64,000 nt of DNA from Octopus sinensis (taxonomy: Eukaryota): assembly GCF_006345805.1 (NCBI RefSeq), contig NC_042999.1, forward strand, positions 116,994,001 through 117,058,000, written 5' to 3'. A program made the translations under genes and the position numbers. The notes beneath the pieces are model-generated. The model was not told the origin of the DNA, ran no database searches, and saw only the letters and a list, made by a program, of their open reading frames with translations. This document shows positions 48,401-62,284 of this stretch, piece by piece (the stretch's first letter is position 1; every line of letters begins with the position of its first letter).

Positions 48401-51400
48401 TTAGACCCATCCACCTTGGATTTGACTTCACTATAACTTTCCATATCTGTCTTTCCCCAGATACTTCCAATTGTATCTCATTACTTTTTCTCTCAGTAGG
48501 TGTCATTCAGTTTCATATTACTTGCAGTATCTTCTCACACTTCAGCCAAATCCTTTAATGCCCTTTTACCATCTCGGTTCACTTGTGCTTGGCCTTTCAC
48601 TCAACCCAAACATAAATACATTTTTCTTTCTTATCTAACTTTACTCTATAAAACAAGTGTAAACACTAACTTATTACTCTATTTTATTTATTTGAAAGTA
48701 GAGTTGCTAGAATAAAAACTGGCTGGAGAAAGTTTAGAGAACTTTTACCTCTGTTGGCAACAAAAGGCATCTCTCTCTGAGTGAAAAGCAGATTGTATGA
48801 TGCCTACGTATGAACAGCAATGCTACAGGATTGAGAAACTGAGGCTTTAAGTGCAGAGGACCCATGAAAACTAGAAAAAAAATGAAACCAGCAACTTCTG
48901 ATGATAGAGAGAATTAAAGATTGAGCTTCTGTTGGATGCCTTTCCTGTTAGCAAGCAACTACTTTATAGTGTAAACTGGGTGCATTTCATTGTCTGACTA
49001 ATACAGAAAAGTGACTTGTAGCTAAATGAAAATCTACACTTAAGTTTTTTTCATTTGACCATAAGCTCAATTTGCTTTGAATTGTCTATATATATATTAA
49101 GAACAAGCTTAAAACCCCAACTCAGTCTATATACACAAGTCACCAATATCTGTATTGCCATGGCAATCTTAAGATAGTCATATCTGTATCCTAGTACAGC
49201 CCTTTTAGAGCCAGAGCAGAATGCAATGTTCGTTAATTGCTGACTATCTGTAAAGCAAAAGTATGAACAACATAACGATACTGCTGACATCTGGTATAAT
49301 GCCACTACCACACACAAATCCTGGACTTTATAATAAATGAAAAATGAAGAGCAAATCCCTCTGCAACCACTATTCCATAGTTTCTTTTACTTCTCTGAAC
49401 TAAGTGCCAGCACTTACACCAAATTCATCTAACTCACCTTATTCATACTGTCTCTTAAAAGAACAGTAAATGTCACAAGCATGGCCCCTTCCAACTAAAT
49501 TTTACCAAACAAAAAAAAAAAACTTTTAGAATGTATTCAGAAGACAGACCTATTGTCTAGTGTTTTGTTTATTCCACTGTAGACAACCTCAAAGCATTCT
49601 TTGAATTCAAGCTTTAGGTCAATCAAAATCCAGTGGAAAAATTCTGAAAGCCCCCATTAGAACAATATGAACAGAGGCAGTGGCAAGAAGACACATTTGA
49701 ATTGTATACCAGAATTTCTATTCTGATAGAGGTTGAGCATACTGGTAACAGCATAAAATTGAGCTGTACTGGTTTTTCATAATTCTTTCTAGGATCCATC
49801 TTCAGTACATGACAAGATATTTTTACTCCATGTGATTACTTTCTCTTATTACATTTAGTTGAAATTCACTACATTCTGGTGTCCTAACTAAGGTACATAA
49901 CTCTACAAAAGAGTGAAACCTGTTAGCAGTAAAAATAAGTATAAACATGGAAAAAAACAAAACAAACTAAAATGATGTTTGTCTCCAAGTGTGGAGTCTA
50001 TCTTTTAAATAATTTTGCTTGAATCCTTACAATGTCAGAACACCATAAATTTGTAAAGAATGAGAAGCAGAGTAATTAATCCATGCCTGGTACTTACTTT
50101 ATCCTGAATGATGTAAGGTAAATATCAAAACAAAATTTCAGTTCAGAACAGAAACAAAAGTAAACAGTAAAACATTGTATAACCCTCTTATTTATGTCTT
50201 ACACATTGGCTTCACTTTTATGTAGTTTAAGGGGAGGGGAATAAAATGTTAAACATCATCAGGATTTCAACACACAATGTAACTATACAAGGTAATACCA
50301 CCCCACCCTTGGTTTTCTTCTGTACATGTAAAACATGCTCTTTGCTTATAATTTTCAGTTGATAGTTATGCTTGACAAATACATTGATATACTTATTTCA
50401 TAGACTCAAAATATCACTTAAAACTTTCTTTGGAATGTTTAAATCCTCTTTCACTCAAATGCTTCAAACTCCTTTTAACTGAATGGCATTCAGTTTAGTT
50501 GATACATTACAGTCGTTGCCCTTTCCCCAGAGTTTCCCAATAAGGGAAAAGGAACACTCTTGAGTTGTTTCTGTAGGAAGCAATACTGTAAGTATAATGG
50601 GTTCTTCTTCAGACCTGGTCCAAATACATGCAACAGTGAATTCTGTAAAAGGCACTCAAGAGCCAGGTGGTGGGGGTTAAACCAAGCAAACAATTTAAGT
50701 ACATTTATATTATATTGATTGAAATGGATTGTTTTTAAATGTAAACACTTATAATCAATATTTGGGTTGAATTAACAATCTATGCTTCACCAATTTAAAG
50801 TGAAGTACCAATAATTTAAGTATCAACCAAAAGCACTGACAAGCATTTTGTCAAACGTTGAGTAAGATACATGAATTAAAACTGGTTTTATGTGTCTAAT
50901 CTATCCTATAAAATTTTCAAACAAACATATAGAAACTCATAGATCAAGTTTGATTAATTATACCAATTAGAACATTCCTTGTGAATGTAGTCTTTATTTT
51001 ATATAAGCAAGAAGCTTTACGTAATGTTTTGAAAATAACTTTTGGAAATTTACAAGACAGGAAATCTTGTAGAAAGAACGATCTGGTTGCAAAAACGTTA
51101 TATTAAAGAAAAATATTGCAAGGTAATTTATTATAATATACAATCCTAAACTTGAAAAACAAAATAATTTACAAAGAATATTAGAGGATAAAGTTGTTTA
51201 AAAAATAGTTATTTTGGACAATAAAGATCTCTTCTTGCATGTACAATTAAACTAACATTTGGTTTAGTGTAAAGTATATACCTCATACATACACACACAC
51301 GCGCACGCACACACATTTCATATACATGTAAATTTCAAATGTAGTCCCACCCCCATGATTTTCTGATTAATATATCGCAACAAATAACTATAGTCAGAAT

Positions 51401-52096
51401 TCAGATAATGTCTTAACAGAAAGGAAGCAAAGTGTGAGATTGAATATACTTTTGTAAAGTTTGGACATGTCTGTTGTTTTAACACAGATATTTTTAATAG
51501 GAAGAAAGTAATTATTCTGCCTCATTAAGAATGTGTAAGGTTTTTTTTTTAAACATTTTTCTGAAACACGGGAAAAGTAGGCTGAAATTAACTAACAAAT
51601 TATATAAAAGAAAATGGTATTTTGTATCAGCACTTTTTTCCTTTCTACTTACTAAATGTGTAGCGAGAACTGGAGAGAGGGGGCAATGTTTTGAGAATAC
51701 ATGTGGAGGTGTGTGGAAAAGTGTGATCATGATGTCCTTTATTTTTAAATTGATTCTGAGGAGGGAAGGGATAGAAAAAAAAATTGATACTGTATGTATC
51801 AATACTTGATATCAGACAGGAGAATGCAAGTCATTATTCTTTAGAGCCTCTTTTGGCAACAAGAATTTCGAATGGTGCAATTTGTGGTATTTAATCTCAA
51901 AAGATTTCAGTCTCTCTGGCAAGGTTGCCTCAAACCAGGTGAGGATCACAAGAAATATTTTGATTTAAGTATTTAATTTCTGTTGGAGATTTTGAGTTAT
52001 CATGTACTGGTTGTTCAACTAACCCAGTGAGAAGACCAGAGAAATATGAAATGTAAGGTAACCATAAAGTCCATTTTAAATCTGTGGCAACTGTTT

Positions 52097-52126
52097 TCAA
52101 TGTAGTACACTACTTACATCCCACAT
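52097..52126 (-). CDS. WDFY2: WDFY2-like terminal exon (MWDVSSVLH*)
   Basis: Pyrimidine tract plus CCAG acceptor, ATG TGG GAT GTA AGT AGT GTA CTA CAT TGA; parallels human LWDMTPVVS*. Confidence 0.88.
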   Translation of the reverse strand: MWDVSSVLH

Positions 52127-52639
52127 CTGGAAAATAAATAAAGAATAAAGACCATAAAAATCAATGAAAATGTTACATGTGTACATTCAACAGCTATATT
52201 ATTTTGTTGTGTGTTTTTATGAATACATTTCCCATATATTCTGTACAAGATGTATATTTAGAAATGTATTTGTATTGGATTGATTAACACTAATAAAGAA
52301 AAAGGGAGGTGGGTGTTTTATAATTGGCACCATTCTTGATGTTATGCTAGACTTATTTAAAATAAACTCATATTTAGACATGATTAACACATGATATTTA
52401 CAGGCCAACAAGGGAACCGATATACACCAACTCAATCTGCTAAGAATAGTAGTCAAACCTCTCATTACACTTTACTGTTGTACTAAAAAGAAATGAAATA
52501 ATGTACATCTAAACATAGTGATGATATTCATAGTTGGAATACATTCGACCATCATGAAATATTTAATGTAATCTGATTGGCTAGTTTGCCATCTAAGTTA
52601 AATGTAGTATTATAGAGGGAAAACTCTCAGGGGCAAAGC

Positions 52640-53810
52640 AGAAAGAATCGGGACTGTACAAGCTATAAGGTTTTTAGTTCTCTGCTGCAAGGAAGAAAGT
52701 GAAGTTTGGTTGAATTTGCCTCTGATGAAAGAAGAAATGAAGTTGCATGGTAGAAAGAGGAAGGATGTTGACAGGTAAAGAAAGATGAGTGAGATGTAAG
52801 CATACAGATTCTAAGCATAGTTTGTTGCATGGGTGAAGGACAGCAGGGGATGCAAATACACATCAACAAGTGAAGGCTGTACTTGTGAGTGGTGATATTT
52901 TGTGTATGGGTGTGGATGTAAGCAGCTAAGGAAGAATTGAGTTCAAGTCATGAAGAAGTATCATGCCAAGGCAGAAAATAAGATCCATTTCACCGTATAG
53001 TTGGGAGTAGAGAACTATGGTGAAAGACAATACTGGAGAAGGAAAGGTGCAGAAAAGTGTCGTTAGGCAAACTGAAATAGTGAACCCTATGTGATCAAGT
53101 GCTGTGGCATCAGATGTCTAGCAAGAACCCTTTAAACTGATCCAAATAACCTTTGACCAGTGTCACCTATATACATCTGGCTGCATAGCTGACATTTTAT
53201 GTAATAAATGTGTCTAGTGGGAGAGATGAAATAGTGATGCATAAAGAAGGACAAATGCAGCATAGGGTTTGGGTTGAGTGTGCTGGGATGTGGAAGAATG
53301 ATCGATCACTAAGTTATGAAGATTGTGGGTGTGTCAACAGGAAGGGGAATAGTGGGGTCAGACAAGGAGATGGAGATACAGTAGGAAAATGCAGGAGAGG
53401 TAATGTGGCAAGATGGTAGGGAGGTAAAAAAGATGCAGTTGGTGATGGGGAAAATAAGCAATGAGGGCAGAGGTGCAGTTGACATCATAGTTGAGGAAGT
53501 AGATAGTGTTTATCATTTGGAGCTAACACACATGAAGTAGTGGACTATATGCTGATACTGAATCTCAGAATCAAGGCCATAGATACGGAGGTGAAAGAAT
53601 TGTGAGAGGGGGATGGCAGATTTTGTGTGAGTGGGTCGAGGTAACATTGAGAGATAGAAATAGAAAATAATGGGTTTGTAAAAGATACGGCTAATGGATA
53701 TAGAAATGTCCAAGAAGTTGATAGATGTAGATGTGAAAAGAGATGACAAAGGTGATGTAGAAGATGTGCTGATACAGTCATCAATGTAACGATCGCATAA
53801 CGCTAGGATG
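52640..53810 (-). mobile_element. Decayed Penelope-like element in the last WDFY2 intron
   Basis: RYIDD at 53777-53791 (-), followed by SINFLDISI and HTKSAIPLSQF; GIY-YIG remnant HIYYIKCQLCSQMYIGDTG at ~53140-53215. Confidence 0.8.
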
Positions 53811-54014
53811 AGTAGTTCAGTGAACTGTGTGATGATTTGGATTTCAAATTACAAGCTGACATAGTTGTTGCCCATCTTGATTCTCAAGGTCCCCTAGATC
53901 ACACAGACTTTTCATGAAAGCCAACCTCAGACTAAAACAACAAAATATCTGCAAATCACAGAAAACAAACTGAAATGAAACAAATATGGAAGTAGTTTCT
54001 ATTTTATTGCATAC

Positions 54015-54123
54015 CTTAATAAGTCTGTCTTTACCAACTGTGAGGAGTCTTTTGCGTGTTGCATCAAGATGCATGTATACAATACTATGCTTGGCATCAT
54101 GAAATGTTGCAAGAGGAGCTCTT
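54015..54123 (-). CDS. WDFY2: WDFY2-like exon ([36 protein letters not shown])
   Basis: 109 bp, CAG/GTATGC; last WD repeat, matches the recalled human RAPTATFHDSKHNIVHVHFDATRGWLLTSGTDKVIK. Confidence 0.95.
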
Positions 54124-55069
54124 CTGCAATTAAAATTTAAAAATTGGCCTTTTTAAAAAGGAGAACAAAAATAGCCATTTGGATTAAATCTATTTTGTCA
54201 GCTAGATGGGTTTTTTAAAACTATTTTTCAAAAGTGTAAAAATTACCTGTATGCTTCAACATGCTCAAGATTTTGGACAGGCTAAGTAAAATAACTACAA
54301 CTCTGTTATACTGGAGTTGGCTAACAGAAATCTTATTCTTGTGATGAAAGCAACATGGGAAAATTGGTATTAAAAAGATTAAAACCATTGATAACAAGAC
54401 TTACGCTACTATTTTACATTCTTTACTATGGTAATGTCTGCAATACAGCATATTGCTTTTGCATTAATGTTTTCAAATACACCCATGTGTTGGAAGAATC
54501 TTCTCCAGTACAGAATCTTGCTCTTGTTTTCCTTTATCATCTTCATGAGGGTGAGATTCCTGAGATCATTTTTCACCACTTCATCCTCTGTAGGTTCCAT
54601 ACACTTGAATCACTTTGTACTCTTTAACCCAATTGTCATTCTCCATAGACATCCCAAGTCTGTGTGCCAGTGCAGTTGCCTTCTCCCTTACACACTACAG
54701 CTGATTCTTATATCTAGTTTGCCTCGAGTGCATTTGCTCCCCAAAGTTGATGCACACTAATGTTTACATATCCAACTGAATATGTTCACCTCATATCTTT
54801 CTTCACATATCCTCCACATTCAGGGCCTATGTTTCTTTACCATTCAATATCATACTTTGTACACAAGCATGATATAGTCTACCTTTCACTGAGAGAGAAG
54901 GAATTCCTTTGTTGCCAGCCTCTTTACTCTGTTCTTACTCTGGCTGTGTACTGTAACATCCACCATTTCTAATTAGTTCAAAATGACTAGATCTGACTTC
55001 TCACACCTATTCTACAATGTCATTCATAAAACATACAATAACATCATCAAAATTTTAAAGCAATGAATA

Positions 55070-55972
55070 TGAGGTGGTATCAAAAGCTTCCCAGACAAGT
55101 TCTGTAGCATACCAGCAGATGGCAGTATATGGTTGCGTGCATAAGGACCTTCATGAAGCAGTGTGCTGAGTAACATTGCTGTGCTTATTTCACAAGTTTT
55201 GAAATTTATGTTCTTGTGATCACATGTATGCTATAGTCTGCAAATTTGTCACACAGGAATAAAGAACCAACGTAAAATTCTGCATTAAACTTGGGAAGTC
55301 TGCTACAGAGACATTGAGCATGCCTTAGCAAGTGTATGGTGATGAGGCAATGGGTCGTATGCAATGTTTTGAGTGGTCCAGGTATTTCAAAAGTAGAACA
55401 TCCCTGGAAGATGATGAGCAATCTGGAAGACCTGCCATGGGCATCACCTCTGGAATTGTAGTGTTGTGCATTGAGAATTCATTCCTCGGGGTCAGACCAT
55501 CAACCAAGGGTTCTACAACAACATTTTAAAGTATTTGAGGGAAGGCATTCAGCAAAAGCAACTGGATCTGTGAAGTGTAAAAAATTGGATTCTTCATGAC
55601 GACAATGCACCCTGTCACCGAGATCTTCTCACTTGTGAGTTTCTTGCAAAAAACAACATAGTATTGCTTCCACATCCGTTCTATTCACCAGATTTAGCCC
55701 CTGTGGACTTCCATCTCTTCTCCCAGATGAAAATGCAGCTCAAGAGTCACCATTTTAACACTGTTGTGGAGATCCAGAGCAAATTGCAGAAGGTCTTTGA
55801 CCTGCTTATGGAAAATGACTGCCAGGCTAGATTCCAAAAGTGGCAGGAATGCAGGGACCGGTGTATTGCTGTGCAGGGTGACTATTTCAAAGAAGATGAT
55901 GTTAAAACTTAAGTAAATAACTTATTTTTTTATTAAACATTATTGATCCAGGAACCTTTTGGTATAACCTCA
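55070..55972 (+). mobile_element. Internally deleted mariner transposon
   Basis: TA-flanked imperfect TIRs (TGAGGTGGTATCAAAAGCTTCC / GGAACCTTTTGGTATAACCTCA); HTH region YGDEAMGRMQCFEW...EDDEQSGRP; WILHDDNAPCH and YSPDLAPVD motifs. Confidence 0.92.
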
Positions 55973-56639
55973 TAAATAAGCATTACATTTGACAAAAGTA
56001 ACCTGAAGGCTAAATGGTTATTGACCATTTTGACCAGATAGCCACCATATAGTGGTTCCTATATTTGGTGCACTTGAATTATTCCCTTTCTATTCCATGT
56101 ATTCTCTTAATTCAATGAATTTTCATAGTAACATTTCCATGCCTCTTATCAGCATTGGAGAGGTTTAAGCACATTGCCATCATTATGTACACACATTTTG
56201 CCACTAGCATCCTGTTCATATAGACACACTCCTTTGCAATCCAGGACATGGCATGCTTCCAATCCATGTCACTACCACTTGAAGCCCCTCTGCTTCCTTC
56301 CATTCTTTACTGAGCTGTCAGTGAATTTTTAAGGCTCTATCTACTGTACAAGTATACCCCATATGTCACCTTCTACTCTATAAGGTATCATAGATCTGGT
56401 CCCCTTCAAGCCACACCTTACCAAACTAAAAGGAAAAAAACTTTGGTTAAAGTAGTCTAGGTCTGAAAAAAAAAAAAATAAAAGACATGATGATCATGGC
56501 TGGAATGCTTTTGATCATTGGTCTGCTCGATCGTTAACAGCCTAGAACTATAATTATCTCAGTGTCAGTATGTGAGACTCACTAACCTCGTCGCAATCTG
56601 ACCAGTAATAAATACATCATACATTCAACATAAAAGATA

Positions 56640-56963
56640 AAAGACCCCCTTTGGTCATGAATGATCATGGGATTGCAGCTAGAAAATTACCCTCCGAGGC
56701 ACAAGTCCGGGCAAGGTTGTATATAGAAGACCAGCAGTTGCCCATGCATACCATCCTCCCCACTCCACACCACTGATGCTATCCAAGGAAAAGGTAAAAG
56801 TTGATACTGCTTGACACCAACTCATTTCTACAGCTGAATGAACTGGAGCAACCTGACATAAAACTGTCTTGCTCAAGAACACAACACACAGCCCGGTCCG
56901 GGAACTGAACACACTACCTCATGATTGTGAGCCTGTCACTTTAACCACTGGGACATGTGCCTC
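56640..56963 (-). mobile_element. tRNA-derived SINE
   Basis: Reverse complement begins GGAGGCACATGTCCCAGTGGTTAAAGTG...GTGTTCAGTTCCCGGACCGGGCTGTGTGTTGTGTTCTTGAGCAAGACA. Related copies at ~15030-15230 (+) and ~59266-59520 (+). Confidence 0.75.
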
Positions 56964-57050
56964 CATACATTCAACATACACAGTGATAAAGCTGGAATTC
57001 ATAAAATAAATTAATAAGAAAGAAGGATGAATTGCAACAGCCATACTTAC

Positions 57051-57181
57051 TCCTCATCTGTTATGCCAGAGAAACATTGATCACAAACACGTACTTCATA
57101 TTCATAACCAAGTGGAGGAATAGTTGTCTTGTTACCACTACACTTGCCACACACAGCACGACCACACTTTCGGCAATGGTG
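57051..57181 (-). CDS. WDFY2: WDFY2-like exon, FYVE C-half ([43 protein letters not shown])
   Basis: 131 bp, CAG/GTAAGT; HHCR and RVC motifs; with the previous exon all eight Zn-binding Cys are present. Confidence 0.97.
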
Positions 57182-58274
57182 CTGCAAGAAAATAAACAAA
57201 AAATTTATACAGAAAGAGATAATGTTAGGAGATGTGAATTACAATCATTTTACAACTATTCCTCATAAGCCCTTTAGTGGGCAACTGAACTGCTAGAAAT
57301 AGCAGCCAAATCACCATTTTACAAAGACATAATCATATATATATATATATATATATATTGTCTGGAAAAATAGGATGAACATACTGAAAACTCTGTCCAT
57401 AGATACGCTTGATCATAGTTCACTTGAGGCTAAATGAGATATCTCTCATCATACTTCCATTGTAAGTAATTTAATTATGCATGTCTTCATTACTTAGCCT
57501 TTCAGTGAGAGGTAAATGCTCTGAGGGCTGTCCTGATTACTACTTCTCAGGCATCTTCTCAAAACGTCTGACTTCTCTCAATGGGTTCTTAAGTTTTGTA
57601 TCATCCATTTACAGCACACACCCAACATTTAATTTAACACTCAGTTTCTTTCTCTTAATCTTTTATGCTCAGTTTCACATCCATAAGATCAAAATAAGCT
57701 TATTCCTCTCCACTTGAAAACATTTCAAAATGACAAAAAAGCACAAGACCAAGGTTGCAATCAGTATCTGTTGTAAAGATGCAGAAATAGAGAATATGAA
57801 TGCATAACTCTTTATTTTCAATGGATGAATGGGATATTCTTCATCTAAGTTTATACTGAAAGTTTTATAGAAAATATTACTTCGTGTGAAGTTCTGCATT
57901 CCTTCATTAGAGCACTAGAGTATTTTTCCCTATCTTGCTGATTGGTAGTCATTTTCTCCAGTACAAAAAAAAAATATGGTCTTGTCATTTAATATTTGTC
58001 AAATATTATTACATATTGTTTATGGCCTCTTTAATGTGGCTGTCCTCTAAGAGAGGACAATACTGTCATTTAACCCCAGGAAGGTGTCATCTCCAGCTGG
58101 TTTATTCAGAGTGCCTTGCGCACTTGGTATTTATTGCAAGCAGGAGATAATTCTTGCCACCCTCGCTTCAAGACCACCAGACCACATAGTTTTAATCTGT
58201 ATTGGATCTCTTCGGTGATGGGTACTAGAATGGTCTATTAGAAAATCTCTGAGATAGAAGCAGTATATGGACCA

Positions 58275-58500
58275 AAAAGTATCTTTACTACTCTAGGAAC
58301 AAGGCCCGAAGTTTTTTGGGAGGGGGCCAGTTGATTAGATTGACCCCCAGTATGCAACTGGTACTTAATTTATCAACCTAGAAAGGCTAAAAGGCAAAGC
58401 CGACCTCCGCAGAATTTGAACTCAGAGCATGAAGACAGACGAAATACTGCTAAGCATTTCGTCCAAGTGCCACAAGGGTCAACTTTGTCTTTCATTCTTT
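58275..58500 (-). mobile_element. tRNA-derived SINE (second family)
   Basis: B-box-like GAGTTCAAATTCTGCGGAGGTCGGCTTTGCCTTT and a TACTGGGGGTCAATCTAATCAACT core on the - strand; a related degenerate copy lies at ~34570-34720 (+). Confidence 0.65.
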
Positions 58501-58790
58501 GTTTGGGGGTTGATAAAATAAGTACGAGTTGTGTACTAATGTCAATGTAATTGACTAACCACAATCTCACTCAAACCAATATTTCAGTATTAAACATCTA
58601 CACCAAATTTTAACAGTGGAAATTCTAAGAGTATGATAATAACAGTAGTGACAATGGTGGTTGCTGTTATAGTCAACATTCTATATTTTTTAATTTCTAT
58701 TTAAGATAAATAACATCAGAGCTGAAATCTCAGAATTATACAACATGGTATGACACTATACAGAACACGATTGTACAAACTATAACATAC

Positions 58791-58892
58791 CTGTCTGTTA
58801 CCAATTACTTTTTGCTCCCACATTTTCTGAACATTCCAAAAGAATGGTGCATCACACTTTTGACAAATATCACTTTCAGCCCAATCTGGAGT
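58791..58892 (-). CDS. WDFY2: WDFY2-like exon, FYVE N-half ([34 protein letters not shown])
   Basis: 102 bp, TAG/GTATGT; Trp/Asp motif, CxxC and the PFFWN insertion typical of the WDFY1/2 FYVE domain. Confidence 0.96.
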
Positions 58893-60107
58893 CTACAAAA
58901 CAAAACAATATAAGAAGTTTTATAATGTTTACATTACAAAGCAAAAGTGACAAAAACATGTTTCATATCATTTTAAGATTCTGCAATATGTGTCTAGTTT
59001 TAGCTTTTAGCATCTTAGGAAGCGTAGAGGGTGTTGGAGCATTGTGAAGTCATGAAACACCTCTCCACGAGCATGGTCTGAATGCTCGCAACAAAGTGTA
59101 TTCGTCTAAAGGCACCCAAAGGCCAGAAGGTGTTGTTGAAGTGGGTAGCACTATGTACTTGCCACTTCTTAAATAAAAGGAGAATCTATATGCCAACATT
59201 AGGTAAATGGTGACTCAGAGTCACACAACATATGTTCACATACATATATGCATAAAGGGGCATGGCTTAGTGGATAGGGTGATACAGTCACAATCTTGCG
59301 ATCAGGATTTCAATTCCTTGGCTGGTGGATGCATTGTATTCTTGAGCAAAACCCTTCATCTGCATTGTTCTATAATCACTTTGACACCTGATGCTTAGTA
59401 CACAGTGCACTAGTTCAGAAAACATTGGTTCGATGGAGAGAGTGAGCTAATGTGCGGCACAAACATTTGATCCCTATAAACAAATCATTTGTGCAGGTCG
59501 TTCATATGTCATCTTTGATGGGAGAGTCCTACATACATACACACACGCACACACTTTAGTCACCAATATAAGGAGATATTGCTTTATAAAATTGTCCTAG
59601 ATAGTCAAAACTATCCACACACAAAAATACATTTTCACAAATGAAATTTTCTTTCTGGCAAAAATAAAAAAAGCACTTCATGTATTGGCAATAATTGTGA
59701 AAAGAACCAGATAAGTGTCTTCAAACAGGATATTGAAGACAATTGAAGTGACATAAGGAGAAAGAAGGAGAGAGGGAGGTCACATATAGTGTCTGGGAAA
59801 TTACTGAACTAATCATAGATCCAGTATAAATAGAACTGTTATCAATTGTTAGTACCAGGTTGAATTTGAAAAAGGAACATACATTTTTAGAATGTCACTG
59901 ATATTTACAAATATATGTTCTTAGTTCAAATCCAGCCTTAGATTATGACCATATCAAATCCTATGACAGCTGACAACAATCTGAGATAAAAAGTCATTGA
60001 ATTACTAGATATTATTGTACATTTACTAAAAGTAAAATTTAAGTTTGGAATATTATAATCTTCTGAAAATAAAAACAAATCAATGCGGTAAATTAATTAA
60101 TACACAC

Positions 60108-60213
60108 CTCAACTCGTTTCCCATACATATTCCAAAATGCTACCATACAATCATCACCACCAGACAGGCATTGGTTAGAAATTGGGCAGTATATTAAAGC
60201 TTGAACTTTGTCA
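60108..60213 (-). CDS. WDFY2: WDFY2-like exon (DKVQALIYCPISNQCLSGGDDCMVAFWNMYGKRVE)
   Basis: 106 bp, CAG/GTGTGT; phase fits the upstream exon (CA+T = His); WD40 repeat. Confidence 0.93.
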
Positions 60214-61096
60214 CTGGAATGAAGCAGATAACATAAACATAAAGCAATTTTTTTAACCCCATTTAAATGGAGAAATCAAATTTGCAAGTTTAGAGCAAAA
60301 AAAAAAAAGATGTGGTGAGGAAAAATAGACAATGATAATAGGTATCAATGATACAACATGAATGACACTAAGTGGAAAGTCCTGGTTTTGTCATCTCTGT
60401 TCACTACACTACTTGGGTTTTGGTGTACTCCAGTCAGTTGGTGGCCCCTTGACTCAGTATAAATTTCTATTGCATAATGTGATCTGCATCTACTTCTGTA
60501 GGTATATACAAATGTATATGGTTGGTATATTTGTAGACAACACAATTGCAGTGTATAAATATCAAAAATAATGTCCATTTCTTTGCAGAGCATAGCTTCA
60601 ATCAACAGACTTCTGAATTATGAGGCCAGCACACTTCCACAGCACTACTGTGTTCAACAAAAACTTTACAAAATATATGATGTATTATTTCTTTTATTGT
60701 CTGCTCTGGGTTACATCACCCATCAAATGTTATTTATTTTTATGCATTAGACTGAGTAACTATAGTAACTACACAACGCATGCTGCAGCACTAGGATGTC
60801 AATTTATTCACCAAAAGGTGACATTTCACTCTGCCAACACTTCAAGAGTCACTTTTGACAAACCATATGCACAGATCTATGCAGTGCAAATTTTTTTTGG
60901 GTATTTCTCCATTTGGCTTTTTTCAGATCAACTAGAAACAAATCAATTACATAAATACTTCCCCAAAGCAGCATAGCAACCAAACTTGCTAGTGCTATAA
61001 CAGTATTTTATCCAATGGCAGTGACAACATTTTTAGTCAATGCCAATTATATACAGAAATGATAACTCACTAACTCACATGCCTGAATTATGTTTA

Positions 61097-61439
61097 CAGT
61101 CGTGGCCAAAAGTTAGGAACATTTTTTTAAAAATTAAAATTATTATGCCCAAGTACAATTTGATTCAAATATAACTTTGGGCATTTAACCCTTCAGTTAG
61201 AAGTAATACTTATTTATTCACTTTGTTTTGAATTAATCATGCATTATCTTGAAATTTTGATGAGGTATCTATTAATTTTTAGAATGATATTGTAAGCCTG
61301 GTGTAAGAGGCTAGATCTGGACAATTTGAATATAAAACTGGTAGAATATTTTGGCCAGATATGGCCAATTTAAATACTGAAGGGTCAGTATAAAAATTCT
61401 AATTTTCAGACCTATGTTCCAAATTTTTGGCCATGACTA
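61097..61439. mobile_element. Tc1-type MITE containing a nested piggyBac MITE
   Basis: TA|CAGTCGTGGCCAAAAGTTAGGAAC ... GTTCCAAATTTTTGGCCATGACTA inverted termini; nested TTAACCCT element at 61185-61388. Confidence 0.75.
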
Positions 61440-62284
61440 AGTTTCAAGTGAACTATTTTTTTCCGGTTTTCTTTTTAATGCTGAAGTTTTTTTTTTCTTT
61501 TTTGTTCTTAAGATTTTCTGAAAACAAAACTATTGCCATTGGCTTTGTGGTGTTTCAAAAATTAGAACAAGGAAATACATACTTCTGAGTAAAAAATTTT
61601 AAAAAAACACTTTAGAGTATTTGGAAATAGGAATGATGTGGCCTTGATAGTTAGTCTCACACACACACACACCAATAGTATGTGTAAATCATTATAGGAC
61701 GCTTTCTGAAGAAAGATACTGTTGTGCTGACATCTTTGTTATTACTGCACACATAACCATTTCTGATACAAAATCCTTAATTTCACAGTTTAGTTTCAGT
61801 AGTATGTTGTTGATCTGTTAATCATTTCTGGATCCTAACATTTTTTGTTATAGCTAAGTAAAAGGAAGATGGTGGGTAGTGACCAGGACCTATTTAGCAG
61901 AGTTTCCAAAACTGAAGGAAGACACAAACAAAAAAAAAGAAAGAAAGAAAAAAAAAACCCAATGAAAGTCTGGTCCAAATGCTTGTAATATAGTGAAAGG
62001 AACCCCTCAAACCAGTTGATGGTGTTACACCAGTTGACAGGTTAAGTTTAGAACTACAGAACTGATAAAGTCCACCTAATGAACTTTTACAATTTCTGTC
62101 TACCAAATTTCATTTACAAGACTTCTCTCATAACACCTCAAGTCACTTGCACAAAGTGTTGTATAGTTGGACTGAATGCAGAACATCAAGGCAAAGCAAA
62201 CCTTTTAATCATATGGCCGTGTCTATAATCAGTAACAATACACATTTATAACAAAGATAGGGGATGTAGAAAATTTAAACTTAC

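Noticed and set aside
60345-60976. Intronic ORFs (also 50464-50693 and 61894-62106) as nested genes or extra exons
   Set aside because: No recognisable domain; WDFY2 exon phases are already contiguous without them.
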